From positions 6,638 to 70,637 of the forward strand of contig CAJPPL010000001.1 of NCBI GenBank assembly GCA_905372585.1: a DNA stretch of 64,000 nucleotides, given 5' to 3'. The notes beneath the pieces were generated by a model. That model did no database searches, was not told the DNA's origin, and was given only the letters and a program-made list of their open reading frames with translations. Of this stretch, positions 11,435 to 22,374 are shown in pieces. A program made the position numbers and the translations under genes. Each line of letters begins with the position of its first letter. The stretch's first letter is position 1. Origin of the DNA: Streptococcus oralis. Its GTDB lineage: Bacteria > Bacillota > Bacilli > Lactobacillales > Streptococcaceae.

Positions 11435-11821
11435 CTAGCCCTCCACTTTTTGGATGCACCAAGAAATTATGGTCTCTAGACGCGCCACATTTTCAGTCAG
11501 ATGGAGATAGCCCATCACTGCTTCAAAACCTGTAGACATGCGGTAAGTCACCACATCTGCATTTTTAGCCTTTGTGTGACTATTGGTATTGCGGCCACGT
11601 TTGTAGATTTCTTCTTCTTTTTCCGTCAGAACTTGCTCTTCCAACATGAGGGCAATCAAGCGAGCCTGAGCCTTGGCTGAGACATACTTGGTCGCCTCTT
11701 GGTGAAGTTTATTGGGTTTGGTCATGCCTTTGAGGATGAGATGACGGCGAATATACATGGAGTAAACTGCATCTCCTTCAAAAGCTAGCGCAATCCCGTT
11801 AATGAGATTGACATCAATCAC
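11435..11821 (-). CDS. mrnC: Mini-ribonuclease III
   Basis: 128 aa. NGIALAFEGDAVYSMYIRRHL motif. Overlaps the 3' end of cysS, which is the conserved cysS-mrnC arrangement. Confidence 0.85.
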   Translation of the reverse strand: MIDVNLINGIALAFEGDAVYSMYIRRHLILKGMTKPNKLHQEATKYVSAKAQARLIALMLEEQVLTEKEEEIYKRGRNTNSHTKAKNADVVTYRMSTGFEAVMGYLHLTENVARLETIISWCIQKVEG

Positions 11822-13157
11822 GAGTCCACCTCACTCCATCTTTTGTATCCAGTAGTTTAATCCCTTGAGAAGCTAGTTGGTCACGGATTTGGTCCGCTGT
11901 TGCAAAGTCACGATTAGCACGCGCTTCTTGACGTTTTTGGATTAAGGCTTCAATCTCTGCATCCAAAACTTCCTCGACAAAGACAATCCCAAAGACTTCC
12001 AACATAGCCGCAAGAGCTTCCTTAACACTTGCATCATAGTTTCCTGAGTTGATCCATTTGGCCATTTCAAAGACAACTGTGATACCATTTGCGGAGTTGA
12101 AATCCTCATCCATAGCGGCAACAAACTTATCTTTAAAAGCCTGTAACTCTTGAGCATCTACAGTCCCAGAAAATGGTTGCTCATAAGTGTTTTTTAGATA
12201 CTTAAGATTGGTCTCGGCATCACGCACTGCTTTTTCCGTAAAGTTGATAGGTTTACGGTAATGCTGAGTGGCAAAGAAGAAACGAAGCACTTGCCCATCA
12301 AGAGTTTTAAGGGCATCATGAACTGTGATAAAGTTGCCCAAGGACTTAGACATCTTGACATTGTCGATATTGACAAAGCCATTGTGCATCCAGTAGTTAG
12401 CAAAAGTCTTGCCTGTTTTTGCTTCTGACTGGGCAATTTCGTTGGTATGGTGAGGAAACTCAAGGTCGGCTCCACCACCATGGATATCAATAGTATCGCC
12501 CAAAATCTCTGTCGACATGACCGAACACTCGATATGCCAGCCCGGACGACCTGCTCCCCAAGGGCTGTTCCAAGAAATCTCGCCTGGTTTTGCAGCTTTC
12601 CAAAGGGCAAAGTCTACAGGATTTTCCTTTCGAGCCGTTTCTTCATCGGTACGACCTGAAGCACCCAACTCCAAATCTTCCAAGGTTTTATTGGCCAACT
12701 TAGCATAGTTGTGGGATTTTTCCACACGGAAGTAAACATCTCCTTGACTCTCGTAAGCATAACCTTTTTCAATCAAGTCTTCCACAAAACGAATGATGTC
12801 CGCCATAAACTCCACTACACGCGGATGGCGAGTCGCAGGTTTCACACCCAAGGCCGTCACATCCTCACGAAAGGCAGCGATGTACTTATCCGCAACCTCC
12901 TGAGGCGTGATCCCTTCTTCCCTTGCGCGATTGATAATCTTATCATCCACATCCGTAAAATTGGAAATATAGGTAACTTCGTAGCCACGATATTCAAAGT
13001 AGCGACGAATGGTATCAAAGGCTACCGTTGAACGAGCATTCCCCACGTGGATATAGTTGTAGACCGTTGGCCCACAGACATACATCTTAACCTTGCCGTC
13101 CTCAATAGGTACAAATTCTCGCAAATCACGAGACATGGTGTCGTAAATTTTAATCAT
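11814..13157 (-). CDS. cysS: Cysteine--tRNA ligase
   Basis: HIGH-type motif (HVGNARS) and KMSKS are present. I chose the start at MIKIYDT (13157) rather than the ORF-track start at 13166. Confidence 0.95.
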   Translation of the reverse strand: MIKIYDTMSRDLREFVPIEDGKVKMYVCGPTVYNYIHVGNARSTVAFDTIRRYFEYRGYEVTYISNFTDVDDKIINRAREEGITPQEVADKYIAAFREDVTALGVKPATRHPRVVEFMADIIRFVEDLIEKGYAYESQGDVYFRVEKSHNYAKLANKTLEDLELGASGRTDEETARKENPVDFALWKAAKPGEISWNSPWGAGRPGWHIECSVMSTEILGDTIDIHGGGADLEFPHHTNEIAQSEAKTGKTFANYWMHNGFVNIDNVKMSKSLGNFITVHDALKTLDGQVLRFFFATQHYRKPINFTEKAVRDAETNLKYLKNTYEQPFSGTVDAQELQAFKDKFVAAMDEDFNSANGITVVFEMAKWINSGNYDASVKEALAAMLEVFGIVFVEEVLDAEIEALIQKRQEARANRDFATADQIRDQLASQGIKLLDTKDGVRWTRD

Positions 13158-13174
13158 GCGGTCCACTCCCTTCT

Positions 13175-13696
13175 CTATTTCTGACTTTTTCGGCTGAAAA
13201 CCAGCTCTGCAAATGGGCCAAATTGTCTGAGGCTATCCAGTTGGTAAAAGCGCTGCCCTTCCTCTTGGGTAAAGAGGGGAACCCCCTTTCCTAGGATAAG
13301 GGGTACTATCTGAATAATGAGGTGGTCGAAAAGATCCGCATCCAAGAGCGGTCCTACCAAGGAATTACCACCAATCACAAAGACATTTTTGCCTTTGTCA
13401 ATCTGGCGAACAAAGTCCACCACATTCCCAGCTACTGGCTGGTAATTGCTGACAGGCAGGTGCCTATCATGCGTAAAGACATAGTTTTCCGTAGCTTGAT
13501 AAAAACTTTCTACATCTTGCAAATCTTGGATTTCCTCAAAGGTCCGCTTGCCCATGATGGTGATATCCATTTGCCTGTAAAAGTCATCATAGCCTGTATC
13601 CTCTACAGAACCAAGCTGATGCAGCCAGTCTATCCTGTGCTGGCCGTCTGCCAAGTAGCCATCCATGGTGATACAGCCGTAAAAATATACTGCCAT
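13175..13696 (-). CDS. Dihydrofolate-reductase-like (RibD C-terminal domain) family protein
   Basis: 173 aa. Overall pattern (MAVYFYGCITMDGY...VIGGNSL) is typical of the RibD_C/DHFR-like family. Confidence 0.65.
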   Translation of the reverse strand: MAVYFYGCITMDGYLADGQHRIDWLHQLGSVEDTGYDDFYRQMDITIMGKRTFEEIQDLQDVESFYQATENYVFTHDRHLPVSNYQPVAGNVVDFVRQIDKGKNVFVIGGNSLVGPLLDADLFDHLIIQIVPLILGKGVPLFTQEEGQRFYQLDSLRQFGPFAELVFSRKSQK

Positions 13697-13704
13697 TCTT
13701 GTAG

Positions 13705-14469
13705 TTACCTTTCTAGTTCCTTTGCTATTTTCAAAGCGATAGTGAAAAAAGTCATGGCATCAGCTGTCCGCTCTTCATGGCGGGCATCCCAGATTCGGTT
13801 ATGATGATCCACATAGTCAGCTGTGTAGAAGAATTGATAGACCTTGCTCTTGCGAAATTGACTCCAAGCCATGATAGCTGAAGCTTCCATATCCACCACT
13901 TGTGCACCAGCAGCCAAGCGACGCTTGACCTTATCAGGCGTTTCTCGATAAAAGGCATCAGTCGTCCAAGACTTGGTGCGGATATGCTCAATATTGTGCT
14001 TGTCAAAGATGGCTTCCAGCTCGATCAGCAGAGACTTGTCATAGGTTACTTCGTCACCTGGTGGGGCATAGTGATAGCTAGTTCCTTCATCTCGCAATGC
14101 AGCCGCAGGCAGGATAATTTTATCCGCCTCAATTGAGCGGTCCAAAACGCCACAGGAACCTAAAATGATAAAATTTTTGAAGCCTCTGGCCGCCAACTCC
14201 TCCAGCTGGCCGACTATCATCGGAGCCCCAATTGGAGCCAACATAACTGCTAGCTTGCTAGGTCCTTGCCCATAAATATACCATGGATGATGGCCGTTTA
14301 TGCTTTTCAAATAGCCTCCCGGATAGACATCTTCTGACTCAATCAAACGTTTCAGAATTTCGCCATTAAAGGACAAGATGATGGTTTCGCATACCTCTCC
14401 CTTGTCATGGACTGGCTTTTCAGTTGGCTCAATAACTGCTGCTACATCTTCAAACTCCTCTAATAGCAT
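13705..14469 (-). CDS. Nucleoside phosphorylase (PNP/UDP family 1)
   Basis: 254 aa. ILGSCGVL and VVDMEASA motifs resemble uridine/purine nucleoside phosphorylases. Confidence 0.65.
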   Translation of the reverse strand: MLLEEFEDVAAVIEPTEKPVHDKGEVCETIILSFNGEILKRLIESEDVYPGGYLKSINGHHPWYIYGQGPSKLAVMLAPIGAPMIVGQLEELAARGFKNFIILGSCGVLDRSIEADKIILPAAALRDEGTSYHYAPPGDEVTYDKSLLIELEAIFDKHNIEHIRTKSWTTDAFYRETPDKVKRRLAAGAQVVDMEASAIMAWSQFRKSKVYQFFYTADYVDHHNRIWDARHEERTADAMTFFTIALKIAKELER

Positions 14470-14482
14470 AACTTCTCTTTCT

Positions 14483-14683
14483 TTAAGGCTCCAGCAAATC
14501 CGCCTTCATTTTATTTAGACGGCGCAGTTTGGTCTCATCTTTTTTGGCTTCACTGATATAATGAGCCCATTCACGCTGGTGGCTAGGTGGCAGTTTAATA
14601 AAGCGCTCCTTAGCAAGACCATCCAAGCGTTCTTGCAACTCAAGAACTGCCTGGTTCAAAATTGCATCTGATAAATCTGACAT
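14483..14683 (-). CDS. Small hypothetical protein (YdeI/OmpD-associated-like C-terminal region?)
   Basis: 66-aa ORF in an operon-like position. Weak resemblance only. Confidence 0.35.
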   Translation of the reverse strand: MSDLSDAILNQAVLELQERLDGLAKERFIKLPPSHQREWAHYISEAKKDETKLRRLNKMKADLLEP

Positions 14684-14732
14684 AGTTCTTACCTCCTGTC
14701 ATACTTCACCTCGATAACTTTGCTACCCTATC

Positions 14733-15350
14733 CTACAGACTTGATGAATGGTGACTGGCTTCACGGGCATGCTCTAGCTTGTCTAGATAGTATTCTCGTT
14801 TTTCTTCAACTTCGTGGATCGTCGGCTCATCTTTCTGTCCATGAACTCGGACGATCTTAGCTGGGATTCCGACAACTGTCACATCGCTCGGAACATCTGC
14901 CACAACCACTGCACCCGCCCCAACTTTGGCTTTCTCTCCAATTTCAATAGGGCCAATCACCTGAGCGTGGGCCGAAATCAGCGCCCCTTTTCGAACAGTC
15001 GGATGGCGTTTGCCAACATCCTTCCCTGTTCCACCAAGAGTCACTCCGTGATAGAGAAGAACGCCTTTTTCAACAATCGCCGTCTCTCCAATCACCAGAC
15101 CTGAACCATGGTCGATAAAAACACCTGATTCTATCTGAGCACCCGGATGAATCTCTATCTGAGTCCAAAAGCGCCAAAACTGACTGTGCATACGAGCCAG
15201 GAGTTTGAAGCCGTGCTTCCAGAGAAAATGCGAGAGACGGTGGGCAGCTAAGGCCTTGACACCTGGATAAGTCAGCAAAACTTCCAAACTGTTGCGTGCC
15301 GCTGGATCATTTTCTTTTACAATATCAATGGTTTCGCGCCACCATCCCAT
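14733..15350 (-). CDS. cysE: Serine O-acetyltransferase
   Basis: 205 aa. Left-handed beta-helix hexapeptide repeats (IGETAIVEKGVLLYHGVTLGGTG) and a SAT N-terminal helical region. Confidence 0.85.
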   Translation of the reverse strand: MGWWRETIDIVKENDPAARNSLEVLLTYPGVKALAAHRLSHFLWKHGFKLLARMHSQFWRFWTQIEIHPGAQIESGVFIDHGSGLVIGETAIVEKGVLLYHGVTLGGTGKDVGKRHPTVRKGALISAHAQVIGPIEIGEKAKVGAGAVVVADVPSDVTVVGIPAKIVRVHGQKDEPTIHEVEEKREYYLDKLEHAREASHHSSSL

Positions 15351-15365
15351 ACATTTCTCCTTTTC

Positions 15366-17579
15366 TTATTCTGAATCTTTTGGTGTTTCTGTAAATTCTT
15401 TCTTAGGTTTGTGGTCCTTGTGATGACGTGGACGGTGAGGTCTCTCAGACTTTTCGCCTTTTTCATCATGCTCAGGTTTTGGTGGACGAGGAAGAAGAGC
15501 CTTCATAGAGGCATCGATACGGCCTTTTTCATCAATCTTGATAACCTTAACATCAACTTCATCACCGATAGCTACCAAATCCTCGACACGGTTGGTACGA
15601 GTCCAAGCCATTTCAGAAATGTGCACAAGTGCATCTGTCTTATCAAAGAGGTTGACAAAGGCACCAAATTTCTCGATACGAACAACCTTCGCATGGTAAA
15701 CTTCATCCACTTTAGCTTCACGGACCAAGCCAGCGATGATTTCTTTGGTTCGGTTAATGGCATCTTGGTCGCTAGAGTAGATAGAAACATTACCTTCTTC
15801 GTCGATATCAATCTTAACGCCTGTCTCAGCGATAATCTTGTCGATGGTTTCTCCACCCTTACCGATGACAATCTTAATTTTGTCCACATCAATCTTGATA
15901 GTATCAATTTTCGGTGCAGTTGGAGCCAATTCTGGACGAACTTCTGGAATAGTTGCTTCAATCACATCAAGGATTTCAAAACGCGCTTTCTTGGCTTGAG
16001 CAAGAGCTTCTGTCAAGATTTCTGCAGTAATTCCTTGGATCTTAATATCCATTTGAAGGGCTGTAATCCCCTCACGAGTACCTGCTACCTTAAAGTCCAT
16101 ATCTCCAAAGTGGTCTTCCAAACCTTGGATATCTGTCAATACTGTGTAGTTATTTCCATCTGAGATGAGACCCATAGCAATCCCTGCTACTGGCGCCTTG
16201 ATTGGCACACCACCAGCCATAAGGGCAAGCGTTCCCGCACAGATAGAGGCTTGAGAAGATGAACCGTTTGATTCTAAGACTTCTGCTACCAAGCGGATAG
16301 CGTATGGAAATTCTTCCAAGCTTGGCAAAACTTGCGCAAGGGCACGCTCACCGAGAGCACCGTGACCAATTTCACGACGGCCTGGTGCACCATAACGACC
16401 AGTTTCCCCTACAGAATATTGAGGGAAGTTATAGTGGTGCATAAAGCGTTTTTTGTACTCTGGGTCCAAACCATCAATGATTTGAGTTTCTCCCATCGGA
16501 GCCAAGGTCAAGACAGAAAGGGCTTGAGTTTGTCCACGAGTAAAGAGACCGGAACCATGCACACGAGGAAGGAAGTCGACAACTGCATCCAAAGGACGGA
16601 TTTCATCGACTTTACGGCCGTCAGGACGAACCTTGTCTTCTGTGATCAAACGGCGTACTTCAGCGTGTTCCATTTGTTCCAAGATTTCAGCCACATCACG
16701 CATGATACGGTCAAATTCTTCGTGGTCTGCATATTTTTCTTCATAAACAGCAGTCACTTGGTCTTTAACTGCTTGAGTTGCAGCTTCACGAGCCAATTTT
16801 TCTTCTACTTGAACCGCTTTTTGAAGGTCGCTGTTATAGGCTGCGATGATTTCAGCTTGCAAGTCAGCATCCACATGAAGCAATTCCACTTCTGCTTTTT
16901 CCTTACCGACCGCAGCAACGATTTCTTCTTGGAAGGCAATCAATTCTTTAACAGCTTCGTGTCCTTTCAGAAGGGCTTCCAACATGATTTCTTCTGACAA
17001 TTCTTTGGCACCAGACTCCACCATATTGATGGCGTGCTTGGTACCAGCTACTGTCAATTCAAGAAGTGAACGCTCTGCTTGTTCTTGATTTGGGTTGATG
17101 ATGATTTGGCCGTCGACATAGCCCACTTGTACCCCAGCGATTGGTCCGTCAAACGGGATATCTGAGATAGAAAGCGCTAAAGATGAACCAAACATAGCCG
17201 CCATTGGAGCAGAGGCATTTTCATCATAAGAGAGCACTGTGTTGATTACTTGCACTTCGTTACGGAAACCTTCCGCAAACATAGGACGGATTGGACGGTC
17301 AATCAAACGCGCTGTCAAAGTCGCATCTGTTGAAGGGCGTCCTTCACGTTTCATAAAACCACCAGGAAACTTCCCGGCTGCATACATTTTTTCTTCGTAG
17401 TTGACTTGGAGTGGGAAGAAATCCCCAGTTGCCATTTTCTTAGACATAACGGCCGCAGTCAAGACAGTTGACTCACCGTAACGCACAACAACTGCGCCAT
17501 TTGCTTGCTTAGCAACCTGGCCAGTCTCTACGATCAACTCACGACCCGCAAAAGTCGTTTGAAACACTTGTTTTGTCAT
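15366..17579 (-). CDS. pnp: Polyribonucleotide nucleotidyltransferase (PNPase)
   Basis: Two RNase PH domains, a KH domain ([10 protein letters not shown]) and an S1 domain. The real start is MTKQVFQ at 17579, with an AAGGGG RBS. The ORF-track N-terminal extension is rejected. Confidence 0.95.
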   Translation of the reverse strand: MTKQVFQTTFAGRELIVETGQVAKQANGAVVVRYGESTVLTAAVMSKKMATGDFFPLQVNYEEKMYAAGKFPGGFMKREGRPSTDATLTARLIDRPIRPMFAEGFRNEVQVINTVLSYDENASAPMAAMFGSSLALSISDIPFDGPIAGVQVGYVDGQIIINPNQEQAERSLLELTVAGTKHAINMVESGAKELSEEIMLEALLKGHEAVKELIAFQEEIVAAVGKEKAEVELLHVDADLQAEIIAAYNSDLQKAVQVEEKLAREAATQAVKDQVTAVYEEKYADHEEFDRIMRDVAEILEQMEHAEVRRLITEDKVRPDGRKVDEIRPLDAVVDFLPRVHGSGLFTRGQTQALSVLTLAPMGETQIIDGLDPEYKKRFMHHYNFPQYSVGETGRYGAPGRREIGHGALGERALAQVLPSLEEFPYAIRLVAEVLESNGSSSQASICAGTLALMAGGVPIKAPVAGIAMGLISDGNNYTVLTDIQGLEDHFGDMDFKVAGTREGITALQMDIKIQGITAEILTEALAQAKKARFEILDVIEATIPEVRPELAPTAPKIDTIKIDVDKIKIVIGKGGETIDKIIAETGVKIDIDEEGNVSIYSSDQDAINRTKEIIAGLVREAKVDEVYHAKVVRIEKFGAFVNLFDKTDALVHISEMAWTRTNRVEDLVAIGDEVDVKVIKIDEKGRIDASMKALLPRPPKPEHDEKGEKSERPHRPRHHKDHKPKKEFTETPKDSE

Positions 17580-17985
17580 TTTAATCCCCTTTGGATTGAT
17601 GAAATTATACGCCTTGCCTACAAAGATCAAGATACTAAGATCGCAAAAAGCAAAGTAAAAATAGGAAACTGGCGAAGTCTTCGATGAAGACAAGACAGTT
17701 TATCTTTTTTACACAGCTTTTCGGCCGAGTTCAATTACTCATGATAGCATAGATTGACGCAGTGTGCGATGCACACCAGGAAATCTATCTTTTTCACTAG
17801 GGATTTAGCCCGTGTTCAACTACCTAAATACCTTGAAAAGTTTAAAAATATTATTCTTTAGCATTTGTATCTTTTATAGCATAGCAGATTTGAATAGCTA
17901 AGAATATGTTTATACCCTCATCTTTGTATCAAGTACGTACAGAGTCTATTTTATCATATTTTTCTTAAAAAGTGCGGGCTTTTCT

Positions 17986-18026
17986 ATTAAAAAGGAACCA
18001 TTCCCCTCACCTGAGAAGAATGGTTT
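17986..18026 (-). terminator. Terminator after metF
   Basis: Stem AACCATTC/GAATGGTT with T-runs on both strands. Confidence 0.5.
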
Positions 18027-18034
18027 GCTTTTTA

Positions 18035-18907
18035 TTATCCTAAAGACTGATGGTTAAACAAGGCATGGGTTGCTTGGTGGATGTATTTTGCTGTTTCAGC
18101 ATTGTTCATGGTGTAGAGATGCACACCTGCGACATCCTGGGTTACCAAGTCCACGATCTGATCCACGGCATAGGCAAGTCCTGCTGCTCTGAGCGACTCA
18201 GGGTCATGCTCATACTTGTCTAAGATGGCCTTAAATTTACGTGGAAGATGGATATTCTCACAAGTCTTCAAGAGACGAAGCGCTTGATTACGGTTAAGAA
18301 TAGGCATGATCCCCGCATGAATAGGAACATCAATCCCCGCCAAGGTACACTTGTCTTGGAAATCATAGAAACGCTCATTGTCAAAGAAAAGTTGCGTTAC
18401 AAGGCTTGAACAGCCTGCGTCCACTTTCTTCTTGAGATTTTGAATATCCGAGATCTGGTTTGGCGAGTCAGGATGCCCTTCAGGATAACAAGCTCCAATA
18501 ATATCAAAGTGAGGGGCTTGTTCCTTGATGAACTCGATCAAATCCGTTGCGTAGCGGAAATCCTTTTGTGGCTCCACATCAGGGATAATATCCCCACGCA
18601 AGGCCAAGATTTTCTGTACCCCAACCTTATCCAAGTCTGCAATGGTTTCAGCAACCTTTTCCTTGGTCAGATAGATAGCTGGCAAGTGGGCAATGGTTGG
18701 AATCGCCAAATCATTCTGGATAAAGTCAGCCAAACGAACCGTCGTTTCCTTGATATTAAATTTATTATTGCTGGCAGTCACACTGATAAAGTGCGGTGTC
18801 AGCTCTCGCATATCCTGCAAGGCTGAAATAATTTTATCATTACCCACAGCTGGGTTTGGAGGGAACACTTCAAATGAAAGTGACGGAGTTTGGCGTGACA
18901 TAGTCAT
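18035..18907 (-). CDS. metF: 5,10-methylenetetrahydrofolate reductase
   Basis: 290 aa. LSFEVFPP N-terminus typical of MetF. Lies downstream of metE. Confidence 0.9.
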   Translation of the reverse strand: MTMSRQTPSLSFEVFPPNPAVGNDKIISALQDMRELTPHFISVTASNNKFNIKETTVRLADFIQNDLAIPTIAHLPAIYLTKEKVAETIADLDKVGVQKILALRGDIIPDVEPQKDFRYATDLIEFIKEQAPHFDIIGACYPEGHPDSPNQISDIQNLKKKVDAGCSSLVTQLFFDNERFYDFQDKCTLAGIDVPIHAGIMPILNRNQALRLLKTCENIHLPRKFKAILDKYEHDPESLRAAGLAYAVDQIVDLVTQDVAGVHLYTMNNAETAKYIHQATHALFNHQSLG

Positions 18908-18995
18908 TATCCTTTTCTTTTTGATTTCATGATTGCTGAGCCAGCTAGGGCCAAGCAGTTCCTTGATCAGCCAGGGTCAAGAGAGAAATCTTATC

Positions 18996-21245
18996 TTACA
19001 ATTTCTCACGCGCAGCTTTTGCTGCTTCGACAAGGCGGATCAAGCTTTCTTTTGTTTCTGGAATACCACGTGTTTTCAAACCACAGTCAGGGTTGATCCA
19101 AACTTTCTTGCTTGGTACTTTAGCAAGAATAGCATCGATTGTGTGGTCGATTTCGCCTTCATTTGGCACACGAGGTGAGTGGATATCGTATACCCCAGGT
19201 CCCACTTCTGTTTGGAAGTTTTTCGCTTTGAGTTCGTCCAAGATTTCAAGGTTTGAACGGCTTGCTTCAAAGGAAATAACGTCCGCATCCATGTTGTCGA
19301 TAGCTGGGATGATATCTGTAAATTCTGAGTAACACATGTGAGTGTGGATTTGTGTATCTGGCGCAACTGTAGAGTGTACCAAGCGGAAGGCTGGAATAGC
19401 CCAGTCAAGGTAGTCTTCGTACCAGTCGCTACGACGGAGTGGCAATTTCTCACGAAGAGCAGCCTCGTCGATTTGGATGATCTTCACGCCTGCAGCTTCA
19501 AGGTCAAGAACTTCATCCTTGATAGCAAGAGCGATTTGAAGAGTTGAATCCTTGATAGAGATGTCTTCACGTGGGAATGACCAGTTAAGGATGGTAACAG
19601 GTCCTGTCAACATACCTTTAACAGGTTTGTCAGTACGGCTTTGTGCGTAGCTAGACCATTTGACAGTGATTGGGTTGAGACGAGTGACGTCACCCCAGAT
19701 GATTGGTGGTTTCACCCCACGCATACCGTATGATTGTACCCAACCATTTTTAGAGAAGAGGTAACCTGACAAGTTTTGACCGAAGTACTCAACCATGTCG
19801 TTACGCTCGAACTCACCGTGTACAAGCACGTCAAATCCAACTTCTTCTTGCCATTTGATCCATTCGTCGATGGTTTCAGCAAGGAAAGCGTCGTATTCTT
19901 CTTGTGACAACTCTCCCTTACGGAAGGCCAAACGTTTGGCACGGACTTCCTTAGTTTGAGGGAATGAACCAATGGTTGTTGTTGGAAGAGCTGGAAGTTT
20001 GAATGCTTCTTCTTGGATGGCTTCACGTTCCGCAAAGGCTGGCAAACGAGTGTAGTCAGCGTCTGTCAATCCAGCGATACGTGCACGAAGTTCTGCATTT
20101 TCACCAACACGTTCAGTCGCAAAGAGTTCTTTGTTTGCTGCAAGAGCTTCTGCGCCTTGACCATTGCGGATAGCATCCAAGTCACGAAGTTCTTCCAATT
20201 TTTCAACTGCAAATGCAAAGTGGTTCAAGATAGCTGGTTCAAATTCTTCGTTAGCAGTTGTAAATGGCACATGAAGAAGTGAGCATGAGCTTGTCAAAAC
20301 GATGTTTTCAGCTGGGATTTGCTCAAGAACAGCCAAGCTCTTTTCGTAATTGTTGCGCCAGATGTTTTTACCATTGACGATACCTGCATAGAGAGTCTTG
20401 TCAGCTGGGAAGCCACCTTTAACGAGTTCAAGAGTTTTCTTACCTTCAACGAAGTCCAAACCAATGGCATCTACTGGCAAGTTCACAAGATCAGAGTAGA
20501 CGTCACGAACGTCACCGAAGTAAGTTTGAAGCAAGACTTCAAGACCTTTTTTGTCAGCCAAGAGTTTGTTGTAGAGGTTCAAGAAGAGAGCTTTTTCTTC
20601 AGCTGTCAAATCTTTGACAAGAGCTGCTTCGTCCAATTGGATACGAGTCGCACCAAGCTCAGCCAATTTAGCAAAAACTTCTTGGTATGCAGCCACTAAG
20701 CTATCTACGAAGTCTTCTGCTTTCACGCCTTCTTCAAAATCTGATAATTGAAGGAAAGTGAATGGACCGACGAGAACAGGACGAGTGTTCAATCCAAGTT
20801 CTTTGGCTTCTTGGAACTCATCAAAGATCTTGTGACCAGCCAATTTAACTTGAGTGTCTTTTTCAAATTTAGGCACGATGTAGTGGTAGTTGGTGTTGAA
20901 CCATTTCTTCATCGGAAGGGCACGCACGTCTCCTTTTTCTCCTTGGTAACCACGTCCCAAAGCAAAATAGCGCTCAAGGTCAGACAAGTCTAAGTTTTGA
21001 ACAGAAGCAGGAACCACGTTGAAGAGGAAGGCTGCATCTAAGAAGTTGTCATAGTGAGAAAAGTCATTTGATGGGATTTCAGTGATACCTTTTTCTTTGA
21101 CAATGTTCCAGTGTTTCGCGCGCAATTCTTTTGCTGCTGCCAAGAGTTCTTCTTCTGAGATTTCTTTTCTAAAGTATTTTTCAGTTGTAAATTTTAATTC
21201 GCGGAATTCACCCAAACGAGGGAAACCGATGATAGTCGTTGACAT
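18996..21245 (-). CDS. metE: Cobalamin-independent methionine synthase
   Basis: 749 aa. Duplicated Meth_synt domains and [19 protein letters not shown]-terminus. Confidence 0.95.
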   Translation of the reverse strand: MSTTIIGFPRLGEFRELKFTTEKYFRKEISEEELLAAAKELRAKHWNIVKEKGITEIPSNDFSHYDNFLDAAFLFNVVPASVQNLDLSDLERYFALGRGYQGEKGDVRALPMKKWFNTNYHYIVPKFEKDTQVKLAGHKIFDEFQEAKELGLNTRPVLVGPFTFLQLSDFEEGVKAEDFVDSLVAAYQEVFAKLAELGATRIQLDEAALVKDLTAEEKALFLNLYNKLLADKKGLEVLLQTYFGDVRDVYSDLVNLPVDAIGLDFVEGKKTLELVKGGFPADKTLYAGIVNGKNIWRNNYEKSLAVLEQIPAENIVLTSSCSLLHVPFTTANEEFEPAILNHFAFAVEKLEELRDLDAIRNGQGAEALAANKELFATERVGENAELRARIAGLTDADYTRLPAFAEREAIQEEAFKLPALPTTTIGSFPQTKEVRAKRLAFRKGELSQEEYDAFLAETIDEWIKWQEEVGFDVLVHGEFERNDMVEYFGQNLSGYLFSKNGWVQSYGMRGVKPPIIWGDVTRLNPITVKWSSYAQSRTDKPVKGMLTGPVTILNWSFPREDISIKDSTLQIALAIKDEVLDLEAAGVKIIQIDEAALREKLPLRRSDWYEDYLDWAIPAFRLVHSTVAPDTQIHTHMCYSEFTDIIPAIDNMDADVISFEASRSNLEILDELKAKNFQTEVGPGVYDIHSPRVPNEGEIDHTIDAILAKVPSKKVWINPDCGLKTRGIPETKESLIRLVEAAKAAREKL

Positions 21246-21327
21246 GATGTGTCCTCCAAAATTTGTTGTTGAAACTATCTTAACAGAAAAGGAACTGTCT
21301 GTATAATTGTAAATAATTAGGCTTTGA

Positions 21328-21344
21328 TATAGTTTGAAACTATA
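21328..21344. promoter_or_regulatory. MET-box (MtaR/MetR LysR-type operator) TATAGTTTGAAACTATA
   Basis: Perfect 8-1-8 palindrome about 85 nt upstream of the metE ATG. It matches the streptococcal MET-box consensus TATAGTTtnaAACTATA. Confidence 0.7.
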
Positions 21345-21360
21345 TCACTCTTTTAGACAA

Positions 21361-21392
21361 CAGAAAAAGATTTGAGACCAGTGTCTCAAATC
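21361..21392 (-). terminator. Terminator after the DenV-like gene
   Basis: 10-bp stem GATTTGAGAC/GTCTCAAATC, followed on the minus strand by TTTTTCTG. Confidence 0.6.
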
Positions 21393-21489
21393 CTTTGTAT
21401 AGCTTATTTTGTGACTGTATTTTAGTTGGAATGCTCAAACGAGCCATTGACGATTCTCATCAGTGACTATGGCTTGTTATTAGAAAAGA

Positions 21490-21852
21490 CTATAGGTTGA
21501 TCCCCTTCTCTCGGAGATTAGCCAGACACTCCTCATAGTATTCTGCATCATGCTCACTATAGATGGGCTTGCCTAGCTTCTCCTCAGGCAAGTCTTCATA
21601 GGGAGGGCAAATTTTGCCACGGTAGTCCTTATCCAGCCACTCTGGACTGACATTGTAGCCACGGTCAGCCATCTCCTCCATGATCAAGCGATGATAGGCA
21701 TAGAGACGATAGGGCGAGTGGGTAAAGACATAGTCCACCGTCGCATGCTTTCTGCCCCAGCCATTGCCACGCAGGGAACAGCACTCTCGATGTTGGCCCA
21801 AAAGTTGCGGACGGGGAAGTTGTGAAATCAAATCCTCATGCCAAAGTCTCAT
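21490..21852 (-). CDS. Pyrimidine-dimer DNA glycosylase (endonuclease V / DenV-like) family protein
   Basis: 120 aa. MRLWHEDLISQLPRPQLLGQHRE N-terminus is characteristic of the Pyr_excise family. Confidence 0.7.
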   Translation of the reverse strand: MRLWHEDLISQLPRPQLLGQHRECCSLRGNGWGRKHATVDYVFTHSPYRLYAYHRLIMEEMADRGYNVSPEWLDKDYRGKICPPYEDLPEEKLGKPIYSEHDAEYYEECLANLREKGINL

Positions 21853-22240
21853 GGGAGTCTCCTTTCAGTAAAGTCGAATGTTGCAAGTAGCTATTTGGAT
21901 AGAGTTCAAGCAACTCTCGAGTCTTAACAATCAAGTCTTCCTTGGAAGCTTGAGCAAAGCGGTAGCGATCCAGCAAGAGCATATAGTCCTTGCGCTCAGC
22001 ATCTGTCGCTTTCTTTTTAAAATAGCCCCAAATATGCTGAAAGGCATTGCAAACCTGACCCCTGTGCTCTGGAATCTGACAGGCACGGTCAATCAGTTCT
22101 TGAACATGACTCAGCTCTACCTCTTCATTCTTCAAGTATTGGCGAATCTCATTGTAAATATTGCTGGAATGGCTCAAAACGAGGTATTTATTTTCCGCCC
22201 AGAGTTGTTGACACTGGGATTTTTGGTTAGTTTGTTCCAT
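21836..22240 (-). CDS. DUF1722 (YbgA-like) family protein
   Basis: 134 aa and helical. Overlaps the DenV-like gene start. Assigned from pattern recollection only. Confidence 0.5.
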   Translation of the reverse strand: MEQTNQKSQCQQLWAENKYLVLSHSSNIYNEIRQYLKNEEVELSHVQELIDRACQIPEHRGQVCNAFQHIWGYFKKKATDAERKDYMLLLDRYRFAQASKEDLIVKTRELLELYPNSYLQHSTLLKGDSHETLA

Positions 22241-22374
22241 GTTTCTCCTTACTTTCTATCAGTTTCCAGGAAATATGGAAACAAAGTTGTATCTAAAAAA
22301 TGAGCGGAATATGAGCGAATAAAGAGTGTTTTTTGTATAACCTGATTTTTCTAATAAACCTTGTTTGACAATCC

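Noticed and set aside
15411-16997. Long plus-strand ORFs (250 aa at 15411-16163 and 221 aa at 16332-16997) inside pnp
   Set aside because: They are antisense shadows of a well-supported PNPase gene. Their translations are low-complexity and unlike real proteins, and they have no RBS.
17580-17693. N-terminal extension of the pnp ORF ([14 protein letters not shown]...)
   Set aside because: The conserved PNPase N-terminus starts at MTKQVFQ (17579) with an RBS. The extension covers the likely promoter (TATAAT at 17604-17609 on the minus strand).
22241-22374. Short direct repeat ATGAGCGGAAT/ATGAGCGAAT and hairpin GTTTCCA...TGGAAAC at the left island edge, considered as possible att or target duplication
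   Set aside because: I found no matching sequence at the right edge (31565-31677). It is too short and too local to call an attachment site.
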